A stretch of 55,251 nt of DNA, the filler included, from Squatina squatina (Eukaryota): the NCBI GenBank assembly GCA_031763465.1. It is 3 parts of 3 records of this genome, joined end to end, with 100 filler letters (N's around TTAATTAATTAA, not from the genome) between each part and the next. Parts side by side here need not be neighbours in the genome. Positions count along the whole stretch, not along the records: positions 17,253 to 40,770 come from JARFOE010000176.1; 2 more parts are not named here. The stretch is one strand, 5' to 3'. Positions 25,773 through 37,619 of this stretch are shown here, in pieces (the stretch's first letter is position 1; the number at the start of each line of letters is the position of its first letter). The position numbers and the translations under genes were made by a program. Below the pieces are notes generated by a model. It was given only the letters and a program-made list of their open reading frames with translations, was not told the DNA's origin and ran no database searches.

Positions 25773-27583
25773 GACACTCAGTGAAACATTTCTTGATTTT
25801 CATTTACCATCTTCCATCTCCTGAAAAAACTCTGAATAATTGATTAAGAAACCGCGTCTGGCCTTTAGCGTGTTCCAACAACAAAGCATACCTTTTACGG
25901 TGCTTAATTGTCAAGCTTTTAAAATTAAGCATTTAATAAAATATTTGAGGTATATGACCTTTAAAATGTTGCTACTATAATTTTATTACTGCAATATCTG
26001 CTGTTTGCACCTGAGGCACTAATATGTAAATACTGCAGTTAGAAAGCATATGTAGTGATAGATTGTACTGAGGGCAAATCCAATTTTCTTCTGGCCCGCT
26101 GAATGTTGCTAATAATTTAAAATTTTAGCAGCTGCCCTGCTGTCTGTTTTGTGCACGACCCACGTCCTTTAATTCACAACAACCTAGTCTAGCAGCCGAG
26201 CACTAATCTAAAATGAGCCGTGTGTGGGCTCAGCATGGGTCTCGGCAGTGAGTGTGCTGTGGGTGGAGCTGAGTCATCACATTGTACACGCAGGCATATA
26301 CAATCTGCATAATTCAGATCCACAGACATTAATAGGCGAGCTGTANNNNNNNNNNNNNNNNNNNNNNNNNNNNNNNNNNNNNNNNNNNNNNNNNNNNNNN
26401 NNNNNNNNNNNNNNNNNNNNNNNNNNNNNNNNNNNNNNNNNNNNNTTTATATATGTATGAAATCCTATATAGTCCCAAGCTTTTCTTAGCTATTTGTATT
26501 ACTTTGATTACATGCCTTGCAAAAACTATTATTTAGCCTCAGTACATGTGATACAGCATTGAGAACAGAATGGCCTGAATTGTTGAATGAGGAGTGAAGT
26601 TATTGTATTAAGTCAGTAGCCCATACTGTAATATTTAAGTCTGCTGTATAAAATAAAGTCGGTTCTCAAGCGTTCAGCTGCACATAGTTGGATTGCTGGG
26701 GTTTCACTGGATAATTTAGTCACAGATATAATGGTAGAGAAAGAGCTTTTAGGTTTACACAAGTCATTTACTGAGCATTTGTTACTCAATTAGTTTAGGT
26801 GTTAGCGTTTGCCTCTGAAGTGTATTGAACATTTCATAGGAGCTTCAGTTTGAAGTACTCTCTTGTGTATTTCATACTCCTCAGTAGATCTCTTCTGCTC
26901 TCAACTAATTTAGCACTCTATTGGAATGGAGATGGTTGTATTAGACTGATTTGAGGATACACAAAAGCCCCTTAAATGGAGCGCTACATAACTGATTAAC
27001 TTATGATTGTATNNNNNNNNNNNNNNNNNNNNNNNNNNNNNNNNNNNNNNNNNNNNNNNNNNNNNNNNNNNNNNNNNNNNNNNNNNNNNNNNNNNNNNNN
27101 NNNNNNNNNNNNCAATCGAGCTTTTGTTTTTCCCTGCTTATTGTGTAAGGGTTTCTCTGCAGAGTACTGCCCACCTTCATCTGCGGTATTAGCTTTCAGT
27201 GGAGAGCAGCAGATCGTGATCACTCACGAGCTGTCAGAGCCATGGGCTTGACTGATGGATCATTAGAAGCCAGGATCTCTCATCTGTTTCCTGTCTGTTG
27301 CAGGAGAACTTTCTGTAGACTTAAGTGGTGATTTCATTTACAGTGCCATTTGGATAATGGGGTGGGGGTTGCCAGGGTGGGGAGGGGGCGTCGGGGCATA
27401 GGTTGCGATGCCCATCGTCCTATTCCGGCGAAGAGGAAAGGAAGGAGAACATGTTTAACATGGAGATTTTAAGACTGTTTAATTCATTTGTCCGCAGGTT
27501 GCAACCATCTAACGGGGAGGGAGGAGATTTCATCTTAGAGATGATCTGTGGGCAGTGCACGTTGAAGCCATTTGCGTAGAACT

Positions 27584-27677
27584 ATGGGCTGTGCCTCAGC
27601 CAAGCATGTCTCTACTGTTCAAAACGAGGAGGAAGCGCAGAAGGGAAAGAACTACCAAAATGGCGATGTCTTTGGGG
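27584..27677 (+). CDS. C1orf21: C1orf21 homolog, first coding exon MGCASAKHVSTVQNEEEAQKGKNYQNGDVFG
   Basis: Near-identical to the recalled human C1orf21 N-terminus; acceptor tccgcag ends at 27497 (5'UTR part 27498-27583); donor G|gtacgt. Confidence 0.93.
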
Positions 27678-28947
27678 GTACGTACCGCGGATGGCTTGAG
27701 GGGCATTAAAATGGCTGCCTTGACTGTGTTAACCATTGACTGCTTAGGACTACATTTGCAGTGTTTGCAACGAGAGCAGAATTGAAACAAGAGCTAAAAT
27801 ACTCATAGGAAATTTAGCAAATAACATAGATGTATAGAACTGGAGATATGTGCTTTATTTTAATAATATATAATTGATCTGTTCAGCATTTGAAATATTT
27901 TCCAGACCTACATTGCCGCTGTCCTGCTGCATTTAGACCTTGCCTCTAATGTTGGAAACCATTAAATGCCCTATTTTAACAAGGATGTTTTTATGTGACT
28001 TCTCTACTAAAAGGGAGCAGCCAAACACTTATGTATTACAGATAGGACTGCTGTGTGATTTCTGATGTGAAGTTTGTGTTTTATTTTAACCTCTACAGCT
28101 CTTTTCATTTTAAATATTTTGCAGCAAAACTTAAATATTTATCCTTTCATGTTGGCGACAGGTTTTAAANNNNNNNNNNNNNNNNNNNNNNNNNNNNNNN
28201 NNNNNNNNNNNNNNNNNNNNNNNNNNNNNNNNNNNNNNNNNNNNNNNNNNNNNNNNNNNNNNNNNNNNNACATGCTACCTACTTCTTAACTTAAACAGAG
28301 TAATTCCTCTGCATTGTGTTCTCCAGCCCAGGGCAGAACCTCTGCTCTTTGAAGTCTCCTACCTTTTTCATCGTCTCAGAGCATTTGAATGCCTTACTGC
28401 CCTCTGCTTTCACAGCTCTCTCTTTTGTAAAAGCCTGACTCCAGTCTCAGCTTTTAGTCAAATGTGTCCCCCACCCAAGAGCAGATTCCGGCAGCCTAAT
28501 TTGGCAATGACCCCTGTGGGTTCAAATGAATAAGATTGTTGCAGCAGCAATGAGTGTGAACCGTGTCTAGAATGTTAAACTATCTTCCATTGTTTGCAAC
28601 CTGAAGGTTCAGCTATCCTGTTTAAATTTTTACCTGTATCTCCCAGCTCTGCTGCTCAGTAATAACATTTTTAACATTATTACACCAAGGTCATTTATGG
28701 TGGCATAGAAATCCTGAAATGTGACTATCAGTATCTTATGCCTTATTGATCTGTACAAAATGATCTGTTGACTCACAAATTAGCATGAATCAATCCAGTA
28801 TTAATAAGGCATATTTACTTTAGTACAATGCCATTTCATGAAAATAAATGTTGCTATTTTAATAAACTATTGTTTTATCACTCCTCCAGTCCCAGGTTGG
28901 CTTTGTTTTAATCCATCGTTACTAATTCGGCTGTTACCATTTTACAG

Positions 28948-29084
28948 AGGAGTTCAGGATTAGAACAGTTGAAGAGGTGAAATACATGAAGAATGTCAAT
29001 CGAGAAGAATCCGATTGGTCTGAGAAAGGACATGCTGGTCATGAAGATGAACAGAAAGTTGCTGCCAGGAACCAAGAGAACCTG
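28948..29084 (+). CDS. C1orf21: C1orf21 homolog exon, (E)EFRIRTVEEVKYMKNVNREESDWSEKGHAGHEDEQKVAARNQENL
   Basis: tttacag / gtaaga boundaries, phase 1 to 0; matches human EYRIKPVEEVKYMKN..EEQKIAARNQENL. Confidence 0.92.
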
Positions 29085-29433
29085 GTAAGAATAATGTTTC
29101 CTTTTAGAAACCAGGGCCAGTGTTACAATAATGCTAAGCCAAAAGTAGTGTAATCCAGTCAAGAAAAGACACAGAACCAATTCTCTGAGGGACTAATTAT
29201 TTCCTTGTCGTGCTGGTGAGATATCAGCTCTTTGGCTTTGGATGGTCCAAGCCAGTTAATCCTGNNNNNNNNNNNNNNNNNNNNNNNNNNNNNNNNNNNN
29301 NNNNNNNNNNNNNNNNNNNNNNNNNNNNNNNNNNNNNNNNNNNNNNNNNNNNNNNNNNNNNNNNAGTGAGCGTAAGTGCATATCTCCTGTTCGACCGTCC
29401 TCTACTCCTTCGCTCCCCAACCTATTGCTCCAG

Positions 29434-29531
29434 CCTCTTTGCGCGGACCATGGCAGCCCCGCCGGAGAGGCAAGAGAAAGCAAGATCTCTTGCCATTTGC
29501 GAGGAAGAGGAAGGGGTCCACGGTCATGGAG
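29434..29531 (+). other. CpG-rich candidate exon inside C1orf21 (internal exon, or alternative first exon with ATG at 29450)
   Basis: Pyrimidine tract plus ccag acceptor ending 29433; donor GAG|gtaatc at 29532; Kozak-like accATGG at 29450; locally CpG-rich. Confidence 0.4.
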
Positions 29532-30446
29532 GTAATCGGTGCAACAGACTACCGTGCTGTCGTCAGCTGCGGCTCGGAGGGAGGAGATCACTCTCTCGGT
29601 CAGTTATTCGTTATGGAAAGCCCTCTGAACCTGTTTTTTTTTGCACACATTGCATATTTGTCGCGTAAGCGCAAATCTGCGTATTTGTCTTCCAAACAAA
29701 ATCCCGAGATTTAGGCGTTCCCTCGTGAGATTGCGAGTGAAGCTTTATTTCACTCCGAAATAGTGTGTCTGATGATGGAATTGCGAAAGTTGCCAATACA
29801 GGGTCAATTATACATTCTGATTAAATTATTTAATTCCCCTCATGGGAATACTTAGTATAAAAAAAGGCGTTGCCACTCATATTGCAATGAAGTCTAATGG
29901 TGGGCATGAGATATTTTCTTGGTGTCCATTCAAACAGTGTAAAAAAAACAGCTCTACCATTAGTTTCTTTTTCCTTGCACACTTGGGTTGTGTCTGAAGT
30001 GGCCATTTTGAGATAAGAATTTCTGGTGATGAATTAAGAGTGTCGCATAAGAAGCATATTAAGTTTAAGTGTGAAGTTTCTTTAAGTGGGATTTTGGATT
30101 CTTTTAACCGGACACTTGGATTAATGAACAAGTGAGGTTTAATAATCCAAAAACAGAACATTCAACTTCCTATGCAGCTTCATGCCTGTCTCATCCTCAC
30201 TCCCTGTTACCTGGAGGAGACAACCAATTGTGTTCATTGTGTCCCATGAGCTAGCCCTGTAACCTGGTTAACCCTGCAGTTCCAAGTGCTTACTGTACGC
30301 AGTAGGGTATGCAAATACTTGTACTTGGTCTAGGCAAAACAACAAGCACATGTTAAATGCCAGTAATTATCATTGTGTGGTTCCTTTTACTGTACAGAAT
30401 ATAAATATGTTTAAATCTAATGCTTGTTTTTAAATATCCCTTTTAG

Positions 30447-30507
30447 CATTCACACTTCAGACAGTCAGCAAGAGTTCTTCAAGATGCTGGATGAAAAAAT
30501 TGAAAGG
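30447..30507 (+). CDS. C1orf21: C1orf21 homolog exon, IHTSDSQQEFFKMLDEKIER
   Basis: 61-nt exon, ttttag / gtaag, phase 2 to 0; matches human MHISESQQEFFRMLDEKIEK. Confidence 0.92.
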
Positions 30508-32810
30508 GTAAGATTTTAATTGACGTTATTTTTCAGTAGCTTTTCTTGGCTAATTAATTCCGATGCACAATCTACCTTTCTCAAGTTTAAAATTCCTTTC
30601 CCTCTCCCCACCCCCGACTATCTGGTCTTTCTTTCACAACCTGTCAGAATTTAGTCACCTTTCTTCTAGAGTTTGGCAATCTGCGAGATTATATAAACTC
30701 TGGCCAAACTCATCTCCTCAGCAAGTAAAATGTGCACTTAAAATGTTGACACGATTAATTTTAATGCATTTATTAGCAGTTCTCCAACATGGTATGCAGG
30801 CAGAGACTACACAGATATCCCTCCATGAATATTCCTGTGATCTATGGTTAGCTAATCAAAATACAACATGATGAATTCCTTTTTCTTTACCTTCCAACAA
30901 ATCTCATCTTCATTTTGACATTTAATAAAAACGTTATCAAAATACCACTTAAAAGAAGCTTCAAATGATAATTCATAAAGCATAGCAGCTTACTAAGAGA
31001 ATCTAGGATAAAATTGCTCTTTAGCTCACTTGTGCCTTTTAAAGCGTTACAGTGTAGTGAATCCACAAGAATGAAACAATAGCTAAGTAAACTCAATTAC
31101 AGCTTTTAAGACTGCGCAACAGATTGCTGGCCTATGAATTTGATAGTGTAAGTTCTGTTGAGCACTCCCAGTATACAGATGGTGAGTTTAGATCACTACA
31201 TGTATAAAANNNNNNNNNNNNNNNNNNNNNNNNNNNNNNNNNNNNNNNNNNNNNNNNNNNNNNNNNNNNNNNNNNNNNNNNNNNNNNNNNNNNNNNNNNN
31301 NNNNNNNNNTTACATAGTGCCAATCCTTTCACACAATGTACGACTACCACTGTGTATATAGACTAAAGCCAGACCAGTATGTTCAAGTTACCACTGCAAA
31401 TAAGACTCATTGGAGGTGGATTTTTGGCATTGCGTGCTACATCATGGGACTAATGTTTCCTTGCGAATGGAAATGCAAGCATCGCTGAGGACTATCAATG
31501 CTCTTTGCTGCTAATGATTTCCTTTCTGCATTCTTTCTTTTCGTGCCCGCAAGTATGCAACTTTGAACGTTGCCTCAAACTCCAAGCAAGACAACTGGTG
31601 ACGTAAATAATAGAAAGTCTGCTTGAAAACTGCATGGTTGACTTGATGTTACAGTCATGTCTGGAAACGCAAGCTTTCTCTGATGAACTTTCGAAATCTG
31701 TGAAAGGCCTCTGTCAAATCTTGTGAATTTGGGTTGGTGCAACCATGATAAACCTCTTCCTGTTCTTGATTCCTTCAATTGTGTCTCCAAGCAGTAAATG
31801 AATGAAACATGTAACAAGCGGCAAAGGGCCTGTTACTTTCTACGAGGACACTGTCGAATAAACCCAACAAATGGACACACAATGTTGGATATAAAACTTT
31901 TATTCTCTCTGTTGGAACTGATCAGCACCTGTCCTATCCAAAAAAATATATATATAAAAAGCTTTCTGTCTCGGTGCTGGATAATATGGTTGCTTTTAGC
32001 AGATAATGGTGTTCCCAGCGACATTTTGAATTTTTTTTTCTATTAATAAAAACATTGTAGTTTCTTTCTGTGGTTTGCTATTGCTTTTTCATCTCAGGAT
32101 CATGAGGTTAAACTGGAAGTATGATTATGAACTGGTTTTCCTATTTATATAATTCTGTACCACTGACATACTGGAGCACAAGAACACCAAATCACAAAGA
32201 TTAACCTTTGGAACCAAGGTTAATTGCAGCTTCAGAAAACCTTGGTGATATAGATAAACATGTTTTTCTTTTAAAGAAAAGCACAGGTGTAGTGTTCTAT
32301 GATCAAACCATAAAAACTAGCCAGAAGTAAATACGAAAAGAAAGGAATCAATCAATGCAGAAAAATACAAGAGTGCACGATGCTGCAACCAGTTACGACC
32401 CATTTAAAAAGCATTGTTTACTTAAAACTTTTACCATTTAGTTGGAATTTGAATATCCAGTGTCTGGTAAGGAATCTTGAGTATAGTGCACTTAATACTA
32501 GCCAGGTAATGAAAGACTAACTGTATACTGGTCCATTTCCTGTGACATCAGTATTTCGGATGAGACGATAAACCTAGGCCCTATCTGCCCTTAAAACTTG
32601 CATTTATATAGCACCTTCCACGACCAGCAGATGTCTCAAAGTGCTTTACAACTCAATGAAGTACTTTTTGGCACATAGTCACTGTTTTAATGTGGGAAAT
32701 GTGGTGGTCAATTTGCACACAGCAAGCCCCTACAAACAGCAATGTGATAATGACCAGCTGATTTGTTTTTAGTGATGCTGATTGAGTGATACATTTTGGC
32801 CAAGACACTA

Positions 32811-33100
32811 GGGGACCGAAATTGGCTCCCGCCGCACTGGAAACATGTACGGGGCAGGAGCTGCATTTCCTCGCTGGCGCCCGCCCCACCCCGTCCCAGC
32901 CGTCCTGGTATTCGCTGTTCCAGGGTGCTTGCGGGGCGCACCCAGGGCGGCTGGGTCCAGACGCCAGTGGCGAGGCATCAGCGCCATGCCACCGGCCTCC
33001 CAAATGCTGCGTCACAGCACAGCGTGCTGACGTCGCGGGAGAGCCGGGCCTCCCTTAAAGGGGCGGTCTGCCAGCCATCCTGAAGGTCGGCCGATTAAAA
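32811..33100 (+). mobile_element. GC-rich PIF/Harbinger-like non-autonomous element end, inserted into a SINE
   Basis: Begins cta|ggggaccgaaatt; reverse-complement match at 48476-48550; related terminus aaatttcggctcc at about 25757-25770. Confidence 0.55.
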
Positions 33101-33233
33101 AAAAAGAGAGAAATTATTTTATTAATTGAGGAAGGTTATAATAGTTTCATAAAAAAAGCTTATCATTATGCACAGAGCAAAATATGTCTCTGTCACTTCA
33201 TTGGGAGTTAAATTAAATTCTTTGTTCTCACAG

Positions 33234-33370
33234 ATCATAGGAGAACCGCTGCAGTACCGAGATCTAACAGCAGAAATCTGCTTTACCAATCCGATGCCAG
33301 TGAATCTGTGTGATGGTATATTCTTGGTCGAGGGAGCCGGCCTCACTGATGAGCAGAACGTTCCATGCCC
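33234..33370 (+). CDS. Transglutaminase (TGM2-like) C-terminal beta-barrel exon, IIGEPLQYRDLTAEICFTNPMPVNLCDGIFLVEGAGLTDEQNVPC
   Basis: 137-nt exon, ttctcacag / gtaagt; similar to recalled TGM2 [41 protein letters not shown]; paralog not determinable. Confidence 0.85.
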
Positions 33371-33404
33371 GTAAGTAGAACCTGTAGTTGTCAGCATCTG
33401 AGTG

Positions 33405-33820
33405 AAGTGTCTGCCATGCTTCAGTGGACAGCACCCTCGCCTCCACGTCAGAAGGTCATGGGTTCAAGTTCCACTCCAGAGACTTGAGCACATAATCCAG
33501 GCTGACATTTCTGTGCAGTACTGAGGAATGCTGCACTGTCAAAGGTGCCGTCTCACGGATGAGGCCCTGGCTTTCCCCTCAGATGGATGTAAATGTTCCC
33601 ATGAAATAATTTTGAAGAGCAGGGGGAGTTCTCCCCAGTGCCCAGCTAATATTTATCCCTAAAAATATATCCATCAGTTGGGAAAAAAAATCTGGTCATA
33701 TTGCTGCTATGTGCAATTTGGTTGCTGTGTTTCCTACAACAGTGACAACACTTCAACAGTACTCTGTTGGCTGTGAAGTGCTTTGGTTGTGAAAGGTGCG
33801 ATGTAAGTGCAAGTTCTTTT
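33405..33820 (+). mobile_element. SacSINE1-type SINE, near full length
   Basis: Same family as 47235-47665; partial copies at about 24960-25200 (-), 32595-32810 (-) and 51190-51312 (+). Confidence 0.8.
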
Positions 33821-36800
33821 TGTTTTTAATTAATTGCTTCAAAACTTATGTTCACAAGCTTTTGTAGCGCTCGTGATGACCATTGTCAGCTTTATACAAT
33901 CAAATGAGGAGCTAAATAATGAATCTGGTGATTTACTGCCTGTTCCCTAGTTAATAACAAATTTGAAGAAAATGGGTCACTGGCCAGTAATAGGTGCTTT
34001 TTTCCACATGCCCAATAGCAGTGGGAGNNNNNNNNNNNNNNNNNNNNNNNNNNNNNNNNNNNNNNNNNNNNNNNNNNNNNNNNNNNNNNNNNNNNNNNNN
34101 NNNNNNNNNNNNNNNNNNNNNNNNNNNAGATTCAATTCTGGCTTTCAAAAGTGAATTGGATAATTACCTGAATGGAAAAAAATTGCAGGGCTACGGGGAA
34201 AGGGTGGGGGAGAAGGACTAACTGAAGTGCCCTTGCAGCGAGCTGGTTGTGTTGTAACCGTCCTATGATTCTATGATTTTAGGTGGCTCGCTTCCACCTT
34301 CTCAAGGGCAACGAGGGATGGGCAATACAAAGAAAACCTCTGGAATGCTTTTACTAAACACCTCGTTATTTCTTTCACCTCTTTCATAAGACTTTCCAAA
34401 ATCTTTCTTTTGGACCACACCTTCAGTTACCCCCCACCCCATCACCCACATCCCAAACTCTTCTCTCACCACTGCTTGGCATTCATTTCTGCTTCAGTGA
34501 TGTTTTACTGCATTAATTGTGCTCTGTAAATGCAAGCAGCTGTTTATACTGAAGCAAAAAGAATGTTGCTGACAGCTGAAAATCATGTGACTCAACTTGG
34601 TTCAGGGCATATCATAGAGCCTGTTGCTTCAATCCTTGTTTTTTAGTTTGAGTGGGTGGAGGAGGGGAACTTATATTTATCCAGGTAAGGATGTTAATAC
34701 TGGCAATTGAACATTTTCCACTTTTGACCGCACTGCTAAAATAAAGCACTCCCAGGACCCGAACTTCGATTCCGGAACCAGTCGCAATGGAGGGAGTGGC
34801 CGCAGTGAGGGGAAGGGGCTCGTGGTGTATGGGCAGCTAGTTACTTAAAAAGGTTTCACAGCGATGACCTGAGAAAAGCTATACTTTTTAAAATAAAACA
34901 AGTAAGCACCCGTCTGTATTTTAAGTATCTTGTAGTTGCCAGAAGTTATCCAGTCCAGTGTCTGGGACTTGATGCTTTCTTATTACTTTAGATTTCTTTG
35001 GTTATTACATTTTTGTAGCTCTAGGATAATTGACTGAGTGCCCAAGCTATTGGGGTGGGAAAAATCTGTCAAATGGCAAAATAGATATAATTTCACAACC
35101 AATACTTGGGGCAGTGATGGATATCTGAAGGGATTCACCTCGCTGTATTCCATTAGGTAAGGTATTTTCCCGATTTCATGCTATGTCAGAGTTCCTGCAA
35201 AAGGGCTATCCTGTGTTTGTGAACTGTCTGTAGATGCACTTTAGGGCTTGAAGCCAGGACCACCTGCACGCGGGATGGACCTGCCATTTCCTAATCCTCT
35301 CTTGTTCTCTTCTCTCAAGGGAGAAAAAAAAGCCATTTACAGTTATTGCTCAGACAATTAACATCCTACTGATTTTCTGTGTTCTGGGTAATTGTGGTTG
35401 TCAAATACAATTAGCTTCTTTCTAAGTTTCCCACCCACAGGACAAAGAGCTGCAGGTACTACCTGTCTCCACATCTCCTGCCGAGTGCTTGACAGCCATT
35501 TCTCCACTGCTAAAATACATGAGGCCAAAAAGTATCTGATGAAAAAATGTGCATGGTTTATTTAAGTTCGCTGCGTTTCACTCCCTAGCTGTGCTGCCTC
35601 GGTCAGTTTGGGTGCTGAAGTACAGACTTGGATATAGTTGAAAGAGCAAGTGCTTGTAAGTTGAGTCAGTTAGCCAAATTCCCTGAAGAGCAAGATCCCA
35701 GTGTTTCTTTTTGACAGAGGATTGTAAAATGAAGCTTGGGATTGTGTCTGTTTTTCCTTTTTTTCTGTTTATACAGGGTTTTATTTGGATCTTGAGAGAA
35801 ACAATAGGTTAATCTTTCAGGTAAAGGCCTTTTGTCAGACTAGCAACCTGTGAGAAGAAGGAAAAAAGTCTTCTATTTATTGCTTCTAACAATCTTTCTG
35901 TTTTATGTAGGTAACAAAGTTTTTGAAAATGAGGTGACGCTCAATAGAGCAAACTGTTGAGATGAGATCTTGAGGGGAGACAGTAAGATGGAGTTGAAGA
36001 GTTGTGCCTGATGTCATTAGTGGGGACTGGTACTGTATTCAACAGCTTGCCAGAAAATACTGTGTACTTCAGGTCCTGCAGTTGTCTTTGTTTTTATCTA
36101 AACCCTTCTCTTTATATTAGTGTCTTTTTGAAGATGCATTGGTGTTTTCCCAATGACTTATTGGGTAAATGCTCTGGAGAAATTACATAGGAATATACGC
36201 CACAGAAACAGGCCATTCGGCCCAACCATTCCATGCCGCGTTTATGCTCCACATGAGTCTCNNNNNNNNNNNNNNNNNNNNNNNNNNNNNNNNNNNNNNN
36301 NNNNNNNNNNNNNNNNNNNNNNNNNNNNNNNNNNNNNNNNNNNNNNNNNNNNNNNNNNNNNCACTCCCTAGGAACAAAATCGACAGACATTGTGGTGCAG
36401 TTCTGGCAGATCTTGTGTGCTTGATGTAAACATGGTGTTTTGGCTTAAATTATAGCAACTGTTGTGCTGCTTTGGTCTTATTGTTTAGAGACCACCGGCA
36501 AACTTTTGAAGACAGACTGTGGCATGCGATAAGCCAGCTGTTCCAGTTTACGGGGCTAAATAGCATTTGACTAAATTCAGGAACAAAGGATTGATTTTTC
36601 TTTATAGCCTGCCAAATGTTGTTTCAGGCTATAAGGAACACCAGCTGTCACTTACTCTGACAAGTTGGACAGTGCATTTCCTTGAGAATTTCTCCTTTTC
36701 TATAAGCCTTTTCAGCTATTCTTGGTTGTTTTCCTCATGGTTGCTTGTAGCTAATTGCTAAGCCCAACAGCTGAATATTTGTAACAGAAGAGAGCTTGAT

Positions 36801-37619
36801 ATTCTTTGTAGAGAAAAGGTAGGTGAGGATAGCTTTCTTGACAGAGTTGTTGACATGGTCTTGGCGCTGGAGGTAAGGCACCATTTGTCAGTAGGTTATC
36901 CAGTGCTGTCTATATCTGTCTACATTAATTCAGTTGCTGCTCATCTTTTAGGTGCTGAAGCTAACTTTAGAGGCTGCTGCTATCAGCAAAAAGAACATCA
37001 TCACTTTGGATGACAGCCATCAGTTTAAGAAGCTGTAAAGCCAAGCACATGTATAAATAGATACTATATCCAGGCTAGCAGCAGTGAGCAAAAAATAAAA
37101 TGTCTTGAGCTGCAGCAGATTAAAAATGATCCAGAACTGTTTGATGCATTGGAGAGTATCAGTGGTGCTCATAATTTGTTCCAGTGTAAACTGCTTCCTG
37201 TATTGTGTCTCTTCCTTTTCAAAATTTGTATCTAGATTGTTTTTCTTTTTCTTGCTACAAGTTTCAATTTTCAACTATTTCATTTTTGTTTTACATATAT
37301 TCTTCCTGACAGTTATTTGATTTTCCTGGTTCCGTGAGATGGCTACAATACTTGAAGAAGCACTTGAGTGAAAGGAAAAGGGAGAAAGGCAAGAGTCAGC
37401 CAATGTCTTCATAGTAGGGAAACTGAGGACAATTCCCTAATTTTTCAAATTTTATTTTTATTCATTCTCGGGAATTGGGTGTCGGTGGCATTTATTGCTC
37501 CGCTGTTACAGGTAACCTTCTCAGCCAGTATGCTGGCTTTTCAATGTTCAATCAATGCATGCGCAGTATTTTGAATGGCGTTCACAGTCCTTTAAAGGGG
37601 CAGCATGGCGCCAAAAGAA

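Noticed and set aside
25261-25803. Overlapping GC-rich ORFs (also 32653-33083)
   Set aside because: Stop-poor GC-rich transposon DNA with no coding or splice signature
31554-32050. Possible terminal exon (YATLNVASNSKQDNW*) with AATAAA at 32045
   Set aside because: Weak aag acceptor, no recognisable protein, and it is not the expected C1orf21 GRDYCSEEEDIT ending
33405-33480. tRNA-like sequence
   Set aside because: It is the head of a SINE, not a tRNA gene; no rRNA, tRNA or CRISPR array was seen in the window
36845-37038. Exon-like pair VVDMVLALE / VLKLTLEAAAISKKNIITLDDSHQFKKL*
   Set aside because: Splice signals could be chance; no homology recognised
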